Shown: positions 11,063 through 24,134 of the stretch, piece by piece
Numbering within the stretch: position 1 is the stretch's first letter
Layout: each line of letters begins with the position of its first letter
From: Lama guanicoe
Lineage: Eukaryota
DNA: 64,000 nucleotides
Assembly (NCBI GenBank): GCA_013239625.1
Contig: MU054220.1
Location: forward strand, 930,848-994,847
Direction: 5' to 3'
Translations under genes and position numbers: made by a program
The notes under the pieces: model-generated
Told to the model about the DNA's origin: nothing
What the model saw: only the letters and a program-made list of their open reading frames with translations
Database searches by the model: none

Positions 11063-11980
11063 TTTTGATTGTTTCCAGTTATTTGAATTTATTGGTAAAG
11101 CTGCCATAAATAGTCATGTATAGGTTTTTATAAAAACAAACAAACAAACCTGAAAATAATATGAAACAATTATTTTAAAAATATTAGATGTCAGGAACAA
11201 TTGACAGTTACCAATGTGCAGTGGAAAACAAAAATTTGAGTGCTACAATTTTTCACTTTATTACCTTGAAAAAGTTTCCATGATGAAGTACACAGAGGGA
11301 TACCTCCGAAGATCTTGGGAGACTCCTGAGTTGAGGAGATGAAGGTTACTATAACCCTCTCAACTTTCTTTTCCTCTCCTTAAAAACATTCTTATTTCTT
11401 TGCCCTGCAGAACTGGCATATGGCTTGCTAAGGTTGTAGTCCCCAATTGTGATTCTCTGCTGATCTCTAATACATACACTTACTGAACAAAACAGAAACC
11501 TAAGGAATAGGATAGTAAATACATAGATTTTTATATACGAAAATAGTGGTATTGCAGGGTAGTGGGAAACAATAATTATTCAATGCATGTGCTAGAAAAA
11601 TTTATTTATCCTTATGACAAGAAGAATGTGTATTTCCGCTTCACATCTTATCTGAAAATGTATATACCCTTTGTGGGTAAATATTTAAATGTGTGGAAAA
11701 TACTTTAAAATGTTTAAACAAAATTATGTTTGTAAATTTGGGGCAGCATGGGCTTTGAGAAGTCCATGCAGAGATTCATCCTGAATCCGGTTTCTACATC
11801 CCTACATCCCAGCATAGGTGGTGAATCCTTGATCCCAACCATATATACTCCAGTATCCATGAGTGATCTCCTCCAATTCTTATAATTTGTAAGTGCTTAA
11901 TTCACTCTATTCATTTCTTTTCTGAATAGAAGATCTAGAGTATTTTTTATTTCTTTCACTTAAAAATAAATGAAACTATA

Positions 11981-12247
11981 GGTGGCTCACAGTGAAATAG
12001 AATGTGACAATGCATGTATGTATGTTCATGTATAACTGAAAAATTGTGCTCTACACTGGAATTTGACACAGCATTGTAGAATGACTATAACTCTATAAAA
12101 AAGTGTTTAAAAAAATGAAACTATAATCTATAACCTATAATGAAAAAATATGAAAAATAATATATACATATATCTGTATAAGTGAATCACTATGCTGTAC
12201 ACCAGAAACTAACACAATGTTGTAAGTCAACTATACTTCAATAAAAC
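11981..12247 (+). mobile_element. Two stacked short LINE-1 3' end insertions (11981-12112 and 12126-12247)
   Basis: Both end in L1 3' terminal motifs (gacacagcattgtagaatgactataac; ctatgctgtacaccagaaactaacacaatgttgtaagtcaactatacttcaataaaa). Flanking target-site duplications are present. Confidence 0.85.
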
Positions 12248-12264
12248 AAAATAAGTGAAAGTTC

Positions 12265-13520
12265 ATGCCTGATACGAGGCTGGGGCCTGTTGGGTATCAG
12301 GGCTGGTCCCTGGCTCCTTGTGAGTGAGGCTGCGCACTGGGGCTAGTGCCAGTACACTGGTAGTGAAGCTAAGTCCAGATGTCTCTGGCTGTGGGGTCTA
12401 GGGGTCCAGAGCTGGTGTTGGATTGCTGGTTGGTGGGCCTAGGGCACAGGGTGTCCTGAGGCTGGCGCCTTCTGCTTGGTGAGTGTGTCTTGAGTCCTGA
12501 CATGGCTACCTGAAGGGCACTGGTGTTTCCAGGGCTGATGTCCACCAACTGGTGTTCTAGGCCATTGCCCAGTGGATCCTGGGGCTTGTGCCCTCCCACT
12601 GGTGGGTGGAGCCAGGTCCTGGGGTCTCTAGTGGCAGAGTTTAGAGGTTCAGAATCTGCTGTTGGCCTGCACATGGGCGGAGGTGTGGGGACAAGGGATC
12701 CTGGGTCTGGTGCCCATCCCCTAGTGGGTGAGAATGGTTCCAAGGTGACTGGGGCCTCAGGGCTCCCTACAGTAACCAGCCTGCTGGTGGTGGGTTATGT
12801 CCCCACCCACCTTGCTGCTTGGTCTGAGGCTTCTTATGTCTGGTGCACACTAGCTGGTGGGGTGGGCTGGGTCCGACCGCTAAAAAGCTAGAGGGAATGT
12901 CCCCAAATGGAGTGTGCTGGCACCAGTGCCCTTGTCATGAGATAGCTCCCCCAAAAGGCTCCTGCCAGTGTCTTTGTCCCTAACATGAGTCCCAATTTCT
13001 TCCTACCTCTCCAGGAGGCTCTCTAAAGTCAGCAAGTGGGTCTGACTCAAGCTCCTTTCAAATGACTGTTTCTGCCCTGGGTGTTGGGAGTGTGTATGAT
13101 TTTTGGAAGTGCACTTTTTGTTTGTAGCCTCTACTTCCCACAGCCTTCTACTGGCTATCCCAAAGGTCGACCTCGCTGGCCTTCAAAGCCAGATTTGGGG
13201 GCTCATCTTTGCGGTGCAGGACTCCCTGGCTGAGGAGCTTGATGTGGGTTTGGGATCTTCACTCCTTGGGGACAAACTCTGCTATTGTAATTACCCACCT
13301 CTTTGTGGGCGTCTCACCTGGGGGTAAGGGTCTTGACTGTGCTGTCTCCAAGCTTCCTATTTGTTGTAGTTCCTTATTTATGTCTTTCATTGTAAAGAAA
13401 AATTTTGCTAGCCTTCAGAACGTTCTCATTAGTAGCTGCTCTGAAAATAGTTGTAATTCGGGTGCCCTCATGGGAGGAAGTGAGCTCAGGGTCTTCCTAC
13501 TCTGCCTGTTGGCCACTCCC
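12265..13520 (-). mobile_element. LINE-1 5' UTR (GC-rich, internally repetitive), antisense
   Basis: Recurring ctggtgggtgg units and the terminal gggaggaagtgagctcagggtcttcctactctgcc..ttggcc, typical of laurasiatherian L1 5' ends read antisense. Confidence 0.75.
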
Positions 13521-13523
13521 TCC

Positions 13524-14265
13524 AGTATGTCTGTCTTTATGCCAGTTCCACTCTGCCACGATTATCATAGTTCTATAGGATGTTTTGGTATCAGGAATAG
13601 GAAATCCCCAAATTCATTCACTTTTTCAAGATTGTTTTGACTATTTGGTTTGGATCCCCTGCAATTTCATATGAATTTTAAGATGTATTTTTTTTTCTGT
13701 TTCTGCAAAAAAAACATTTTCGGGATTTTTATATGGATCACACTGAATCTGTATATCACTTTAGGTTGTATTGACATCTCAGTAATGCTAAATTTTCCAA
13801 CTAGTGAATATTTTTCATTTATGTGTGTCTTCTGTAATATCTTTCAGCAATCTTTTGTAGTTTTCAGGGTGCAAGATTTTGCCTACTTGATTAAATTTAT
13901 TCTTAAGTGTTTTATTCTTTTTGATGCCACTGTAAATGGAATTGTTTTCTTAATTTCTTAGTCTTTGGTTTGTTCATTTATAGTATAGAAATTCAACATT
14001 CATTCATGATAAAAAAAAAATACCCAATAGAAGGGCTGTACCTCAACATAATAGAGGCCATTTACGACCATTCCACAGCTCACATCAGACTCAACATTGG
14101 AAGACTGAAAGCTTTTCCATTAAATTCAGGAGCAAGACAAGAGTGCACACTCTCACCACTTTTTAAAAAACATACTGCAAAACGTACTGCAAAAATTTTC
14201 CTTTGACATGTTTTGAGTTTTCTACATATAAATCATATCATCTTCTAAATGATATAATTTTACTT
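13524..14265 (-). mobile_element. Old LINE-1 ORF2 fragments, with a plus-oriented piece at ~13990-14160
   Basis: Antisense gtctgtctttatgccagttccac..., plus a sense piece translating YLNIIEAIYDHSTAHIRLNIGRLKAFPLNSGARQECTLSP (L1 reverse transcriptase region). Confidence 0.8.
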
Positions 14266-15734
14266 AATTAAACTTTACTTAACTTTACTGTCTGTAACAG
14301 TGCTTCCAATGGTAGCCACTTCCTATCCTTTGGATCTCAGTTTAATCATCACCTTTTAAGTAATGCCTTCTCTGATTACATTATCCATAGTAGAATTCTC
14401 CCTCTTATTTCTGTCACAGTGCCCTATTGTCTTACAAGCAGTACATAAGACTATCATTACTTTATTAAATTTTCTCTTATTGTTTGACTCTAATATGGGA
14501 ATCTGAGATCCATGCAGGAAAGAACTTTTACATGATTTCCTCTCCTGTTTTATTAATGGCTGTGTTTTCACTCACAGTACAGTTTCTGGCATTAAATGGG
14601 TACTCTAAATTATAAAATATGGATAAATAATTAGTTATTATATCTACACCAGTGATAATATTTTATACATCTAGCCAAACTTCAAGGCAGAATAAATTTG
14701 ATATTAAATAAAAGAAAAGAAAAACTTACTGTGGCAGTTTGGAAAATACATGATTAATTAATCTAACTGGAACAAAATGACTGGGCAGGTATTGTGTTTT
14801 TCACTAGCATTAACCTCATAATATTTCTAAAGTTATTTTTTCCTCCATATTACACTTTCCTGTCCTTGTTATATGATTTGACCTAATAGCATCTTTACGT
14901 AGAGATATACTTTTAAAACTTTGTGGAAAACCCCAGTGAATTTAATTAAATGAGGATCAGTTTTGGACACATTCCAATTCTAAGAGTCAATGATAAATGA
15001 GGTTAGAAGGGATAAAATGCCCAGTGATCTTTGCCAATATCAGGAAAGAGATGCTATCTTTTTAAGAACATATAAAATTTTAGGAGGTCCTTTGTTAGAA
15101 TTAAAGTATTGCATTAGAAAAAGAAAAGCAGAAGAATGTCTCTCAAAACCAACCATCTAGCCTGGCTCTGCAACATGATGCAGTGAGAAGGACTAAACAA
15201 TTGAATGATATTTTTAAATTTTGAAGTTAGTAGGGTAAGGTTACTAGAGACACATTTTCTTGTGCAATAACTGGTTGCTATCTTCCTATGTAAAACATAG
15301 GATTCACTAGTTTTTTTGTTTGTTTGTTTTGATAAATTTCCAACATGATAAATTATGTGTGTGCATGTGTATGTGTTTGCTCACACACTGAGGGATATTT
15401 TTATATAATTCATAGTGCAAATAAAAATGATCTTCTGCATAATTGATCTTCTGAAAAATAATAATTAAAAAAAATGATCTTTTGAAAACTCCTTGGAGAA
15501 AATGGACAGACAGTTGAGTGAAATAAAATATACCCTCAAGTAACAATGCAGCCTATGTCCTCTGTTTTCAGACTGGATGAAGGAAGATTTCCAAGTCTTT
15601 GTGCGTAACTTAAAAAGCCTTCCTTCAGATAGTGAACACGCCTCCACAGGGTACGTCTAACAGTAAGTATTGGGAACCAGGCTCCACAATTGTGTGACTG
15701 TCTTCATTATGTAAGGAATTAAGTTGCTTTTAAA

Positions 15735-15880
15735 TAAGTCAAACTTAGATTCAATTCTAGTTTTATCACTTAACAATGTGAGGCCTTGGAAAATTAATTG
15801 GATGTTCCAAGCCTTAGTTTCTTCAACTACAAAGTGGGGTTTATAGCTCCTGTTATTATAAGTTTAAATGTGACATATTA
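15735..15880 (+). mobile_element. MIR SINE fragment
   Basis: ttcaattctagttttatcacttaacaatgtgaggccttggaaaattaatt...gccttagtttcttcaactacaaagtgggg resembles the MIR core. Confidence 0.6.
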
Positions 15881-16327
15881 AATTGTGAGGGCTTGACTGG
15901 AATCCACTATAGGAGTTGCAAGACATGTAGTGATATAGTCAGAGCAAGATTTAAAGAGGTTCATATCAGCTGATTCAAGAGAGTAAATTTTTAGAGGCAG
16001 AATAAAAGTGGAAAGACATGGCAGAAGGCTATTGCAGTGAGCCAGTAAGGAAATGAGGGAGTAGGGAATGATCAAATTCGTAATATAATTTGAGAATAGA
16101 GACAACAGGATGTGTTAAAAGAATCAATAACATGAGAACAACAGTGAAGAATACTGGGAGGTTTTCTGTCTAAGCAATTTAATGAGACGGGAACTCCTTT
16201 TTATTATGGAAAATTTAAAATTTATTTTTATATACGCTAAATTGATATCCAATTGTAGATGTCCAAAACTGGAGATGCTGCCTATACAAGGTTAAAAATA
16301 AGTGGAGAGGTAGAAGGCTGAGACACA

Positions 16328-19300
16328 AAATTAAAGTGCTGCAGCATTTAATGGTCAGGAAAAGGAGGAATATCCATTTAAAGACCCTAAGAATTTTCAG
16401 TGTACTTCAGGACAGTGACCTTCCATTTATAGTTTGATCTACTCACACTGAATGTGTAATTTAGCTTAAATGGGTTTCAAGTATTACACTTTTGTGACAT
16501 TATAAATGGTGTACCATTTTAGGGAATTCCCTTCCCATCTTCTTTTGTTCTTTCATTTTTTTTCCTTTAAAACTCAGTTAAAGCATTGATTTCACTGGGA
16601 AACCTTCTTTGATTTCAGTCTGATTGATATATTCCTACACTGTGACCTTAGTGTTGCATGAATATCCGTATATATAATGGCATTTATTACATGGATCTGA
16701 TCTCTTATTTTGTTTCATATCGCTGAGCATAAGGAACTATGCTTTATTCAACTTGGTATTCACAATGTCTATGATCCATTGGATACAAACAGGTACTTCA
16801 TACACATTGTTTTAATTGAATGAATAAATAAAAGATTATACTTACAATGCATTTAAGTATTTTCCCCCTTGTTTTGTAGGTAAACTGCTTCTAATATGTG
16901 AAGTCAGCTCCGGTACAGACTAGATGGAACCAAAAAATAATGTAACTTTCTTCATCCTCTTGGGCCTCACACAGAATCCAAAGGAGCAGAAAATCCTTTT
17001 TGTTATCTTCTTGCTCTCCTACATTTTGACCGTGGTGGGCAACCTGCTCATCGTGGTGACGATTACTGTCAGTAAGACCCTTAACTCACCAATGTACTTT
17101 TTTCTTGCCAGCTTATCTTTTATAGATCTAATTTATTCCACTTCTATTTCCCCCAGATTGCTTTCAGACTTATTCTTTGGGGAAAACACCATATCCTTTG
17201 AATCTTGCATGACTCAGCTTTTTACTGAGCACTTTTTTGGTGGGTCAGAGATTGTTCTTCTGTTGGTGATGGCCTATGACCGCTGCGTGGCCATCTGTAA
17301 GCCTTTGCATTATTTGGTTATCATGAGGCAAAGGGTATGTGTTGTGCTGCTGGTGGTGTCCTGGGTTGGAGGATTTCTGCACTCAGTTATACAAGTTAGC
17401 ACTATATATGTGCTCCCATTCTGTGGCCCCAATGTCATTGATCACTTTATGTGTGACATGTTCCCCTTGTTGAAACTCGTCTGTACTGACACCTATGTCA
17501 CTGGCATCTTAGTGGTGGTCAATGGAGGACTGATGTGCAGTATTTTTTTCCTGCTCTTACTCATCTCTTACGTAGTCATCTTGCACTCTCTAAAGAATCT
17601 GAGTCAAGAAGGGAGGCGGAAAGCCCTCCAGACCTGTGGTTCCCACATCACTGTGGTGGTCTGCTTCTTTGTTCCCTGTATCTTCATGTATGCAAGACCT
17701 GCTAAGACTTTTTCTATTGACAAATCATTGAGTGTGTTTTATACAGTCATAAGCCCCATGCTGAACCCATTTATCTACAGTCTAAGAAATTCCGAGATGA
17801 CTAATGCTATGAAGCAGCTCTGGAGAAAAACATGTCATATGAACTAGTAAATAAGTGCTTCATCCGTGAGTAAGCAATAAATTTAGCATTAGGGCCAATC
17901 TCCTTGGAATGTAACAGTCTTCATAAATCTGATGCAAAATGTCCTCTTCTCAAGAGATTTATGATAATTCTAATTAAAGAATGAACTATATATTTGTGCT
18001 TTTGATAACAGTTTCCCTGCTAAAATGTAAACTCCATAGTGTCTGGTTTAACATTGCATCTGGACGGGTAGAATGTATTTACAGTTGAGAGTCAGTAAAT
18101 ATTATGCAATGAATTTTATAGACATACACCATTTTTTACTTAATTTCTGTGTTTACTTTTATTACTTTCTTATTCTTATTTTTGTTGTTAGTCAGATTCT
18201 TGTCTTTTATCTTCATCTACTTATATTAGTTAAAATACTTAATACCGTATAGACTTTCCTCTTTATTCAATTTCATATGCTTTGCATATGCTATTTTTAG
18301 TAGAATATTTTACTGTTTAAATAGGAAGCTGTAAATAATGAATAATAATAAATATTAAAATAGAATTGATACAAAAGGGACTATGTAGAATAAACCTCTT
18401 AATCATCCCAAAGCTCCCATTCCCTGAACATCTTCATATACCAGTCTATAGATCTAAGTCATGCTCAGTCTCCTCATACTGCTTAACTTCTTGATGAAGA
18501 TACACTGACACTGATGTATCCAGTCCTCTTCATGTTTTCCTCAGTCTTTCTCTATGACAAACAGTTCTTCAATGAAGTATTTTTGTAATATTCTAAGTAT
18601 GATTTCCCAGTGGTGGAATAGTTGAGTCAATTGGTTTATTTATTTATCATGTTGATGTGCATAGTTTTTGACAAAATGCCATTCATGAGCTTGTACCAAA
18701 CTCACTACCCTCTTCATTCTGGAAAATATCTGTTTGCCTGAATTCTCAAAAACCAGTGCTTGTTAAACATTTTGGGTATATAACAGTCTGTTTAAGGAAA
18801 TTGTGTTTCATTTGTATATTTTAATTACAAATAAATAGAATTGAATTTGGGTATCTGTTCAAATGTTTAAAATGATTTGTATTCACATGAACTGCCTATT
18901 AATGATTTATGTGTTTTATTTGATTGCTGATTTTTTCATATCAATTTTTAGAATTTATTTATATACTAAGGAAATAATCTCCTTTTCCATGTATGTGGAG
19001 TTATTTTCTAGCTTGTTATTTGATTTTGTTGTTTCTATACTGTGCAAAGTATTTTTGGCCATGTGGAAATATTTTTACATTTCTATAATTAAATATATTC
19101 ATATTTTCTTGCTTTTATGCCTTGTTTAGGAAGAATTTCCTTGTTTCAGTGTTATCAAAACATCCCACATTTTTTCAACATTTAATTTTTAAAGTTTTTT
19201 TGTTGTTTTATATTTTATGTTTAGATTTTTGAACCTTGTAAGTAGGGATTAAATTTTAATTATTTTTCAGGAATCATTCAAGGTCATTTTCATAGGTGCA

Positions 19301-20858
19301 CAAGTATTTTTCCTCATGACTTGATATCCCAGCTTTGTATTCTAAAATGTGATATGTGTTTGGATAAACATCAGTCCTCTATTAACTTACAGCGATCTCT
19401 TCTTTACTTATGTGACTTTCAAACATGTGCTGTGATTACATTTGATTTAAAATATGCCTTGATACCTCATAAGCCTAGGACTCCTTCATTACTATTCCTT
19501 ATCAGAACTGTCTATTCTTGCATATTTATGTTTTATTATTAAACTTCAAGAAGCTAGTCTAGTAAAAATGAAGTTTAGTTTGTATTTTCAATAAGACTTG
19601 ATTTAGAAAGAGTTTATATCTTTAGAGAATTGAGAGTTCTTATCCATAAACAGGGGTACGTCTTTTATATTCATGTAGATCTGGTATGTTTCTTTGTAGA
19701 TTTAGTATTTTTGAGTTCTTTTGGTACTATTGTAAATAGAATCTTGTCTTCTAATACATTTTCCAATTGTCTGATGTTTTAATGTAGAAATTCTTTTTGT
19801 TTTCCATTTTTACATAAGCTATAATCTTTAAAGTACATCATTCATTCTTTTTTAGTCAAAGTTATACAAGTACTGGCAAATACATATAGTTACGTAGCCA
19901 CCATATCAACTAATGTGCAGAATGTTTCATCACCAAAAATATTTCCCCATGCCCCTTTGTATCACCTCTTCCCTTCACCCTCAGGTCTTGGAAAACACTG
20001 ATCTATTTCCATTCCTATAGTTTTGTCTTTTCCAGAATGTCCTATAAATTGAATCATACAGTATGTAGTCTTTTTTTTCTCTCCCAGCTTTATAGAGGTA
20101 TAATTGAGAATTCAAAATTTTCTATATTTAATGTATACAATGTCGTGACTTTATATACATATATGCTGTAAAATGGAGACCACAATCAAGCTAATATACA
20201 TATCCACTACCTCTCATGAATACCTAAGTAACTTATTCTTTTTGATGCCATCATAAATGGGATTATTTTCAAAACTAAAATAATTTTTTAGATAATTCGT
20301 TGTTAGTATATGTAAATGCAGCTGATTTTTGTATGTATATTTTGTATCCTGCAAATTTATTGAATTTGTTTTTTTGTTCTAACAGTTTTGGGTGCAATTT
20401 TTTATGTCTTCTATACATAGGATCATGTCCAATATCTAGTCATTTAAATTTGGCATCTTGGTACTGGTATCATGCATTTGAGATTTGTACATATTGTATT
20501 TGTTCCTAGTTCATTTTATTGCTGAGTATTATTCCAAACTGTATGACATTTATCCTTTTCTCCATTAAGAGATATTTTGATTGTTTCTAGCTATTTGAGA
20601 TTATGGATAAAACTGATACAAATATTCATGTACAGGTTTTTGTAAAACCAGGCAAACAAAGAAACAGAATATGAAATAATTATTTTCAAGACACTAGATG
20701 TCAAAGTGATTGACAGTGATCACTGAGTGATGAGAAATGAACAAGTGAAGCTCTAAGATTTTTCTGATTTATTACCTTTGAAAACTTTCCATGTTGTGGG
20801 TACAGACAAGGATCCCTCAAAAGATCCTGGTAGACTCTCAGAGTTGAGGAGACGAAGC
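16328..20858 (+). repeat. Older direct duplication unit 2 (paralogous to 6369-11347)
   Basis: See unit 1. Shares the L2 and L1 remnants and the OR in the same order. Confidence 0.9.
16924..17847 (+). CDS. OR4A47-like: Olfactory receptor, family 4A, OR4A47-like, 307 aa intact ORF
   Basis: Full-length 7TM ORF with [32 protein letters not shown] and [12 protein letters not shown]. Splice acceptor gttttgtag ends at 16879. Confidence 0.95.
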   Translation: MEPKNNVTFFILLGLTQNPKEQKILFVIFLLSYILTVVGNLLIVVTITVSKTLNSPMYFFLASLSFIDLIYSTSISPRLLSDLFFGENTISFESCMTQLFTEHFFGGSEIVLLLVMAYDRCVAICKPLHYLVIMRQRVCVVLLVVSWVGGFLHSVIQVSTIYVLPFCGPNVIDHFMCDMFPLLKLVCTDTYVTGILVVVNGGLMCSIFFLLLLISYVVILHSLKNLSQEGRRKALQTCGSHITVVVCFFVPCIFMYARPAKTFSIDKSLSVFYTVISPMLNPFIYSLRNSEMTNAMKQLWRKTCHMN

Positions 20859-21439
20859 TGAGGGTCTGAGGAGACCAAGGCAACAAGGCAGCTAGATTTG
20901 GAACACTGTGGATCATAGACCTGAGGGACAGAGAAAGAGAGATTCAGAGACATTGAGGGAGGCAATGCTGGAGATCTGGAGAGATCCCCCTCAATTATTC
21001 ATAGTCTTCAGGAAACTACATGAGGATGGGAAAAGATCTACCCACACAGATTAGAGAGAGGAGTGCTTGGTGCTCAGACTGGGCCAGGAAGAATGCCTAT
21101 TCTCAGCAGCTGGAAGACCTCATTGTTCACAGGGCCAGTGCAGGGAGATAAATACTAGGATGATCCTGCATCAGTAGTGGGACATAATTTAGACCCAGAC
21201 CAAACACTGCACCAGATCTGCTTCATAAATTGTAACGGCAAGAAAAAAATCAAAAATGAAACATTAAAAAGAATCAGACTAAATATTGTGTCCACAATTT
21301 TGTGTCTGGGATAATATGAGATCTTGATCTGATTATTTCTCTTGTGAGGCCCTCGTTTCATTGTGGTATAAGGATCACGCTGGGTGCATATGCAGCGAGG
21401 AGATGAGCTGGGAAGTATAATAATTTCCTCCCATCTCTA

Positions 21440-22340
21440 AAAGTAATTATGTAGGGTTGGTACTATTTCTTGATTAATTTTTATGTAGAATTCATTGATA
21501 AAGCTATATGGAGATGGAATTTTGTTTTGGGAAGGAAAGGATTTTAAAGAATTAATTTTCTTGAGTGTTAGATTATTCCAGTTTTTAATTACTTTTCTTA
21601 GTGTGTTTACGTAGAAAGTCATGTCTTTCGTAACAGTGGTCCATTTTCTTTTAGTTGTCAAGTATACTGTCATAAATTATTGTATCCTTTTATTACCTTT
21701 TTAAGTTCTGTAGACTCTGCAGTGATGACCCTGTCTTCATTCTCGATTATGATAATTTTTTTCTCTTATTTTTCTTAGTCATTTTTGCTAAGATCTTATC
21801 AATTTTATTAAACTGTCAAAGAACCAATTCCTGGATTCACATATTTTCTCTATTTTTTCGATTAATTTCTATTTCAGTGATTTCTATCTTCTGTTTACTA
21901 TTTCCATTGTACAATGTTCTCTGTGCTAGTTTTGCTTGTTCTTTGCTAGCTCCTTAACATCGAAGTTTAGGTCATTTCTTATGGCATTTCTTGCTTTCTA
22001 ATACTTACAGTTAAAGCTATACATTTCCCTCTAAACATTCCTGGAGCGACATCTACTTTTCATAGTTTTTAAATATATAGTTCATAGATATCTTTAATAT
22101 ATAGTTTATATACACATGTTATCATTATCTTTCTATTGAAAATTTATTTTTCCAAAGGTTCATGAATAATTTAGACTTGGGTTGCTTAATTTGTAAATAA
22201 CTGGAAAATTATATTTTTGTTATCACTTTCTAGTTGAATTACATTTTTATGATATATGTATATATATTCTATATTATCAAGTCCTTTGAAATGTATTGCA
22301 ACTTCTTTTATGGCCCAGTTTATTGGTTATTTTGATGACT
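21440..22340 (-). mobile_element. Decayed LINE-1 ORF2 fragment
   Basis: T-rich antisense L1 text: ttttattaaactgtcaaagaaccaattcctgg, aaagctatacatttccctctaaaca, ctttgaaatgtattgcaacttctttatggccc. Confidence 0.7.
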
Positions 22341-23205
22341 GTTCTATGAGCAGTACCTTGAGATAAACAGAATAGTCCCACAAATGTTTTCTCTTACCCT
22401 ACTCTCACACTAACACAGATTCTGTCAACTTGACTCTCTGAAACCATGTGACAAACGATGTGACAAACTTTGTCTGCATTAGAAATAAGTTTTAAGTGAC
22501 TTACTTTGAAATTAACATTTATTATCTTCTGGAAATCAGATCAGATGTCATCTGCAAAGACAAAGCTTAAACAGATTTTCCTACTTTGAAGGTCATGATT
22601 TAAACGAGAAAGTTTTTACATATTCTACTTCTGCCCAGACTGGACTTATCCATTTTGGAGATATGACCTCAAGTTGTTCTTTTAGGATTTTCCCCCAAGA
22701 GGACAGGGTTCTGTAAGGCCTGTTCTACATGGTGATTATCTTGGTGGCATCTCTGGAGATAAGGAGTGTACTGTCAAAATTACAACTAAGGTCCTAATAA
22801 ATTTAATTAGACAAGAATCGCCCTTGGAGATTGAATGACTCCATAATATGTGCTGCAGTTCAAATGTAGATAAAGTGTTTGTAGACCTTTGTTGTTACCC
22901 TCAGAGAGTATCTGTCTGTACCAGTAATCACATGACAGGCTTCTTCCCAAATTGAAATGATGGACTCAAAACATAATAAAGCACGTATATGAAATATTCT
23001 TCATCCTTCAGGAAACCCAACGTTCAACAGTGCTGTATGAAGACAGGACAGTGTAACAGGCTGAGAATCAAAATGTCATAAAGGCTTTTAGTAAGAAATA
23101 TTCTTCATCCTTAAGACAGGACAGTGTAACAGGCTGAGAATCAAAATGTCATAAAGGCTTTTTCACTATTTCACTTTTACTGATATAAAACACAAAATGG
23201 CAAAA

Positions 23206-24134
23206 TTTTTATCTAAACAAGTTAAGCATAATTTACAGCATTTTCTCCAATTAAAATGTTGATTTAACATTTCTTTGTTCAGAGGACAAATTTTGCCAGC
23301 AATTTATATTTTTAGTTTCTGTTCACAGTCAAGATTCAAATTTTTTTAGGTATCAGGGCATTCATGTTCATTTTGAAAATTCTAACAATTCAAAAGTATA
23401 TATTTTTCTAAAAGATTGAGATGAATCAGATTTCCTGCAAACATGAGAAGAGTTAGTCATGTGGAAACAGGTCAAGGTCCAGTGATGATGTATGTGTCCT
23501 GCTGTCTGTGTTCTCAGCGATGGAATCAGTGCAGGACGAACAAGGGAGAAAGCATCAGAGCCCAGTTCATGGATTGAATGGCTGTCTCCTTATGCAGGTA
23601 ACCCAGGAAAGGCTTATACACAAGATTCTGAACTAGACTTTATATTTTGCAAGAGTACATTGATGGTGTGAGAATTCAGTCTTTCAGAAGTTCCCCTATC
23701 TGTTTCTCTTGATCAACCAAGTTAGGGATCCTTTGTGATCACTAAAATATGTGGAGATCGATTCTATGATGTTAACACTCTTTTGGGATATTTTCTTATT
23801 ATAAAGATCTAGAATAAATTTACCTTCTCTAACATCAAGTACTTAAAAACTAATTTCAAGTGTAACTATTTGGGAATATTTTAATGGGCAGATATTTCTA
23901 AATCTCATGGTACTTTTAATTAATATGTGCTGTAAGCATTGTGTTTTTATCTAAACAATTCAAACATAATCTGCAGTTTTTTCTCCAATTAAAATATCAG
24001 TTTAATTTTTCTTTGTTAAGAGAACCAATTGTTCCAGCAATTAATATTTGTAGTCTCTGTTCACAATCAAGATTCAAATTTCTTTAGGTATCAGGGCATA
24101 CATGTTCATTTTGAAAATTCCAACAGTTCAAAAG
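23206..24134 (+). repeat. Pair of 191-bp direct repeats (23206-23396 and 23944-24134)
   Basis: Both run tttttatctaaacaa...caagattcaaattt.tttaggtatcagggcat.catgttcattttgaaaattc.aaca.ttcaaaag. About 85% identical by eye. Confidence 0.92.

Larger units (their letters stand above)
6369..11347 (+). repeat. Older direct duplication unit 1 (paralogous to 16328-20858) carrying an OR4A47-like locus
   Basis: Collinear similarity from ctgcagtatttattgttcaggaaaag / ctgcagcatttaatggtcaggaaaag through gagttgaggagatgaag / gagttgaggagacgaag. Non-coding identity is roughly 80% by eye. Confidence 0.9.

Noticed and set aside
12369..13640. Cluster of 74-143 aa ORFs in a GC-rich island
   Set aside because: Explained by an antisense L1 5' UTR, not a gene or CpG-island promoter.
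22991..24134. Direct repeats with spacers, superficially CRISPR-like or LTR-like
   Set aside because: Only two copies each, eukaryotic context, and no TG..CA ends or cas genes.
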